Below are positions 61,287 through 64,000 of a DNA stretch of 64,000 nucleotides, one piece after another. The translations under genes were made by a program, and so were the position numbers. Source of the stretch: an uncultured delta proteobacterium (GTDB lineage: Bacteria; Desulfobacterota; Desulfomonilia; UBA1062). Within the stretch, counting starts at the first letter, position 1, and the number at the start of each line of letters is the position of its first letter. The DNA is taken from contig CAWKAM010000017.1 in NCBI GenBank assembly GCA_963847605.1, positions 84,085-148,084 on the forward strand, read 5' to 3'. A model generated the notes under the pieces. It searched no databases. It worked only from the letters and a program-made list of their open reading frames with translations, and had not been told where the DNA came from.

Positions 61287-62000
61287 TTAAAGTCTTGCGG
61301 CTGCAATAGGGGCCTGGAGCTTGATACTGTAGGCCCCGGCTCTGGTTACGATAAGGTGGTCGTGCAGGCTGATGCCCACCTGCGAGCAGATCTCCGTGAG
61401 TTGCCGGGTGAGGCGCATGTCCTGTTCGGATGCGTGAAGCGTACCCGAGGGGTGGTTGTGCACGAGGATGAGGGCTGTTGCATTATGATCCATTGCAACC
61501 TTGAGGACCTCCCTGGGGTAGATATGGGCTGCATCCACGGTGCCCTCGGCCATGACCTGGGTATGAACAAGACGGCCTGCTGCGTTCAGACACACCAGCA
61601 TGAACTGCTCTCTTGTGCCGCCGCCGATCTCGGCCCTTATGAACCCCACTACGTCCTCGGGCCCGGTGATCACGCGGCCTGTATCGGCGGCAGGTTCCAT
61701 ATACCGGCTCACGCAGGCACGGGTGAGTCCCATGAGTGTGGAGGCATGTCCGCCCATGCCGTGGATCTCTTCAAGATGCTCATACGGTGCATCGAGAACT
61801 GCCTGGAAGGTCCCGAACCGCTTAAGCAGAGCCTTGGCAAGGGGCTTGGTGTCCTGACGGGGGATGGCATAGCCCAGAAGAAGCTCCAGGAGCTCATAGT
61901 CCTCCAAGCCCTTTCTGCCCGACTTCCGGAAGCGGCTTTTCAGCCGGCCCCTGTGCCCGGTGTAAAGGGCCTTCTGTCCGTCCTTTTTCTTATCAGGCAT
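61287..62000 (-). CDS. radC: RadC/JAB-domain protein
   Basis: GHRGRLKSRF, YELLELLL, REQF, YPREV, HNHPSG, LHDHLIV. Confidence 0.95.
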   Translation of the reverse strand: MPDKKKDGQKALYTGHRGRLKSRFRKSGRKGLEDYELLELLLGYAIPRQDTKPLAKALLKRFGTFQAVLDAPYEHLEEIHGMGGHASTLMGLTRACVSRYMEPAADTGRVITGPEDVVGFIRAEIGGGTREQFMLVCLNAAGRLVHTQVMAEGTVDAAHIYPREVLKVAMDHNATALILVHNHPSGTLHASEQDMRLTRQLTEICSQVGISLHDHLIVTRAGAYSIKLQAPIAAARL

Positions 62001-62002
62001 GT

Positions 62003-63536
62003 TCACCATCCTTTACACACACAGTGGAGTAGAATGACCATGGCAGGACCTCCTCGGTCATCCCTTTGCCTCAGCGCATAGTAATCCGGGTTCAAAGGCC
62101 ACTGCTTCAACAGGCGCTGCCATGCTGAGGCATCATGACCGGCCAGTTCCACGATGAGCCCCAGTAGCTTCCTGTCACCCCGGGCGATTAAGCCCTGGAG
62201 AAACGCCCACTTCGGCCCTTCAAAGCTCACCGTGATATTGCTCTCACCCTTCAAGGCCTTCTCGATCCGTTTGATACATGCCTTGGCCTCATAAGGCTCG
62301 GTCATCGGTTGTCTCTCATAGGGGGTATGCGGCTTGGGGACAAAGGCATTGATGCTGACACTGAGACTGCCGATTTTTTTGTTGCCCTTGGATACCTGGA
62401 TGAAGATCTGTCGGATGCGCTTGATGAGGTCCACGGTCTCATTGAGGTTGTCGATGGTCTCACCCGGCAACCCCACCATGAAGTAGAGTTTGATGTCCCT
62501 TATACCGCTGGTTACAAGGGAACGGATATCTTCGAGGATGGTAGCATTGGTAATGCATTTGCCCAGGGCATACCTCAGCTCCTCAGAGCCCGTCTCAGGG
62601 GCCAGCGTCACACCCTTGACCTGTGATTCGGCCAGGGCCTGTAAAAGGTCATTCCCGATCATGCCGGGCCTCAGCGAAGGCGGGGCCACTTTCAGACCTC
62701 GATCGCGCATTTCCCTGAAGATGGCCGGGGCATCGGGGTGGTTGTTGAGAGAGGTGCTCACCAGGCCCACCTTGCCGCGATGCCTGGCCGCCTCGTCGAA
62801 CACAGGCTCAAGTATCTTCAGCGGCACTGCCCGGTAGGGGGAGTATATCTCGCGGGCGCTGCAGAACTTGCAGGTAAAGGGGCACCCCCGGGCGATCTCA
62901 ACCAGGTACATGTCACCAAAGGCCGTATCTTTTGTGATGATGCTTGTGCAGGCCGGGTCATCCAGGGGGTCTGCATGGGAAAGCCGCGGTATGGGGCCCT
63001 CGAAACCTGCTATGGCTCCCTCTTCGTAGGCGGGATGCATCCTCGATGGGACGTACACACCCGGCACGAGGCTCAGCCGGTCAAGGAAATCTTCATATCC
63101 CGAACTTGCGGCATATGATTCATGAAGGACGGCCGGCAGCGGCTCGCCATCACCGAGGAAACAGACATCCAATGCATCGGCCACGGGCTCGGGATTAGAC
63201 GTTATGGCCGCCCCGCCTGCCATTACAATGGGTTTACCCCTGCGGTCGAGAGCCGATACGGGTACATTGTTCGCCTTCAGGATCTTTATGGCCTCAATAT
63301 AGTCGAGCTCATAGGAGATGGAAAAGGCTATGATGTGGAAATCCTGGAGCGGCCGGTCCGATTCCACTGAACGGGGGCTGTCCGTGAAGAACCGCTCGCA
63401 GAGCATGCCCGGATGGTTGTTGAGCAACCGGTACATCTGCTGCAGCCCGAGGTTCGACATGCCTACCCAGTACGTGTTTGGATAGACCAGGGCGACATTC
63501 AGCTTGCCGCCCGGGTCCTTGCGTACTGATCCGATC

Positions 63537-63547
<11 letters not shown>
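62003..63547 (-). CDS. radical SAM protein (TIGR03960-like)
   Basis: YPNTYWVGMSNLG, SISYELDY, RGCPFTCKFC, LAPETGSE, KLYFMVGLP, FVPKPHTP; last residues probably frameshifted. Confidence 0.88.

Positions 63548-64000
<453 letters not shown>

Overview
Bacterial chromosomal segment; gene content suggests an anaerobic deltaproteobacterium (inference). Three parts. (1) 1-13.27 kb is a visibly AT-rich genomic island ending at the 3' end of a tRNA-Lys/tRNA-Glu pair. It carries an IS4 element (9-bp target duplication) inside a DUF4238/SEC-C gene, extra HU and IHF-alpha genes, a sigma-region-2-like gene split by a 7-bp duplication, an RHH protein, an McrA-like HNH nuclease, a Sel1-repeat protein, a repeat lipoprotein and an orphan umuD. 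(2) 14-52.4 kb is core genome: cimA, lysC, tsaE, acpS, folP, ftsH, pilMNOPQ, a MenK/HemN-like radical SAM, a divergent orphan dnaA, glgA, mtaB, PolX-PHP, a frameshifted 4xPAS kinase with a sigma54 regulator, flhB-flhA-flhF-flhG-fliA-cheY-fliL, and a HEAT-HDOD-CheR-receiver module. (3) 52.5-57.7 kb is a second accessory patch: a GC-rich glycyl-radical enzyme/activase pair of unknown substrate, a dense cluster of structured repeats, and an integrase-less integron cassette array with one canonical attC. It is followed by rmuC, two radical SAM genes, radC and a partial sigma54 regulator. All family assignments come from motif recognition by eye; no database searches were run.
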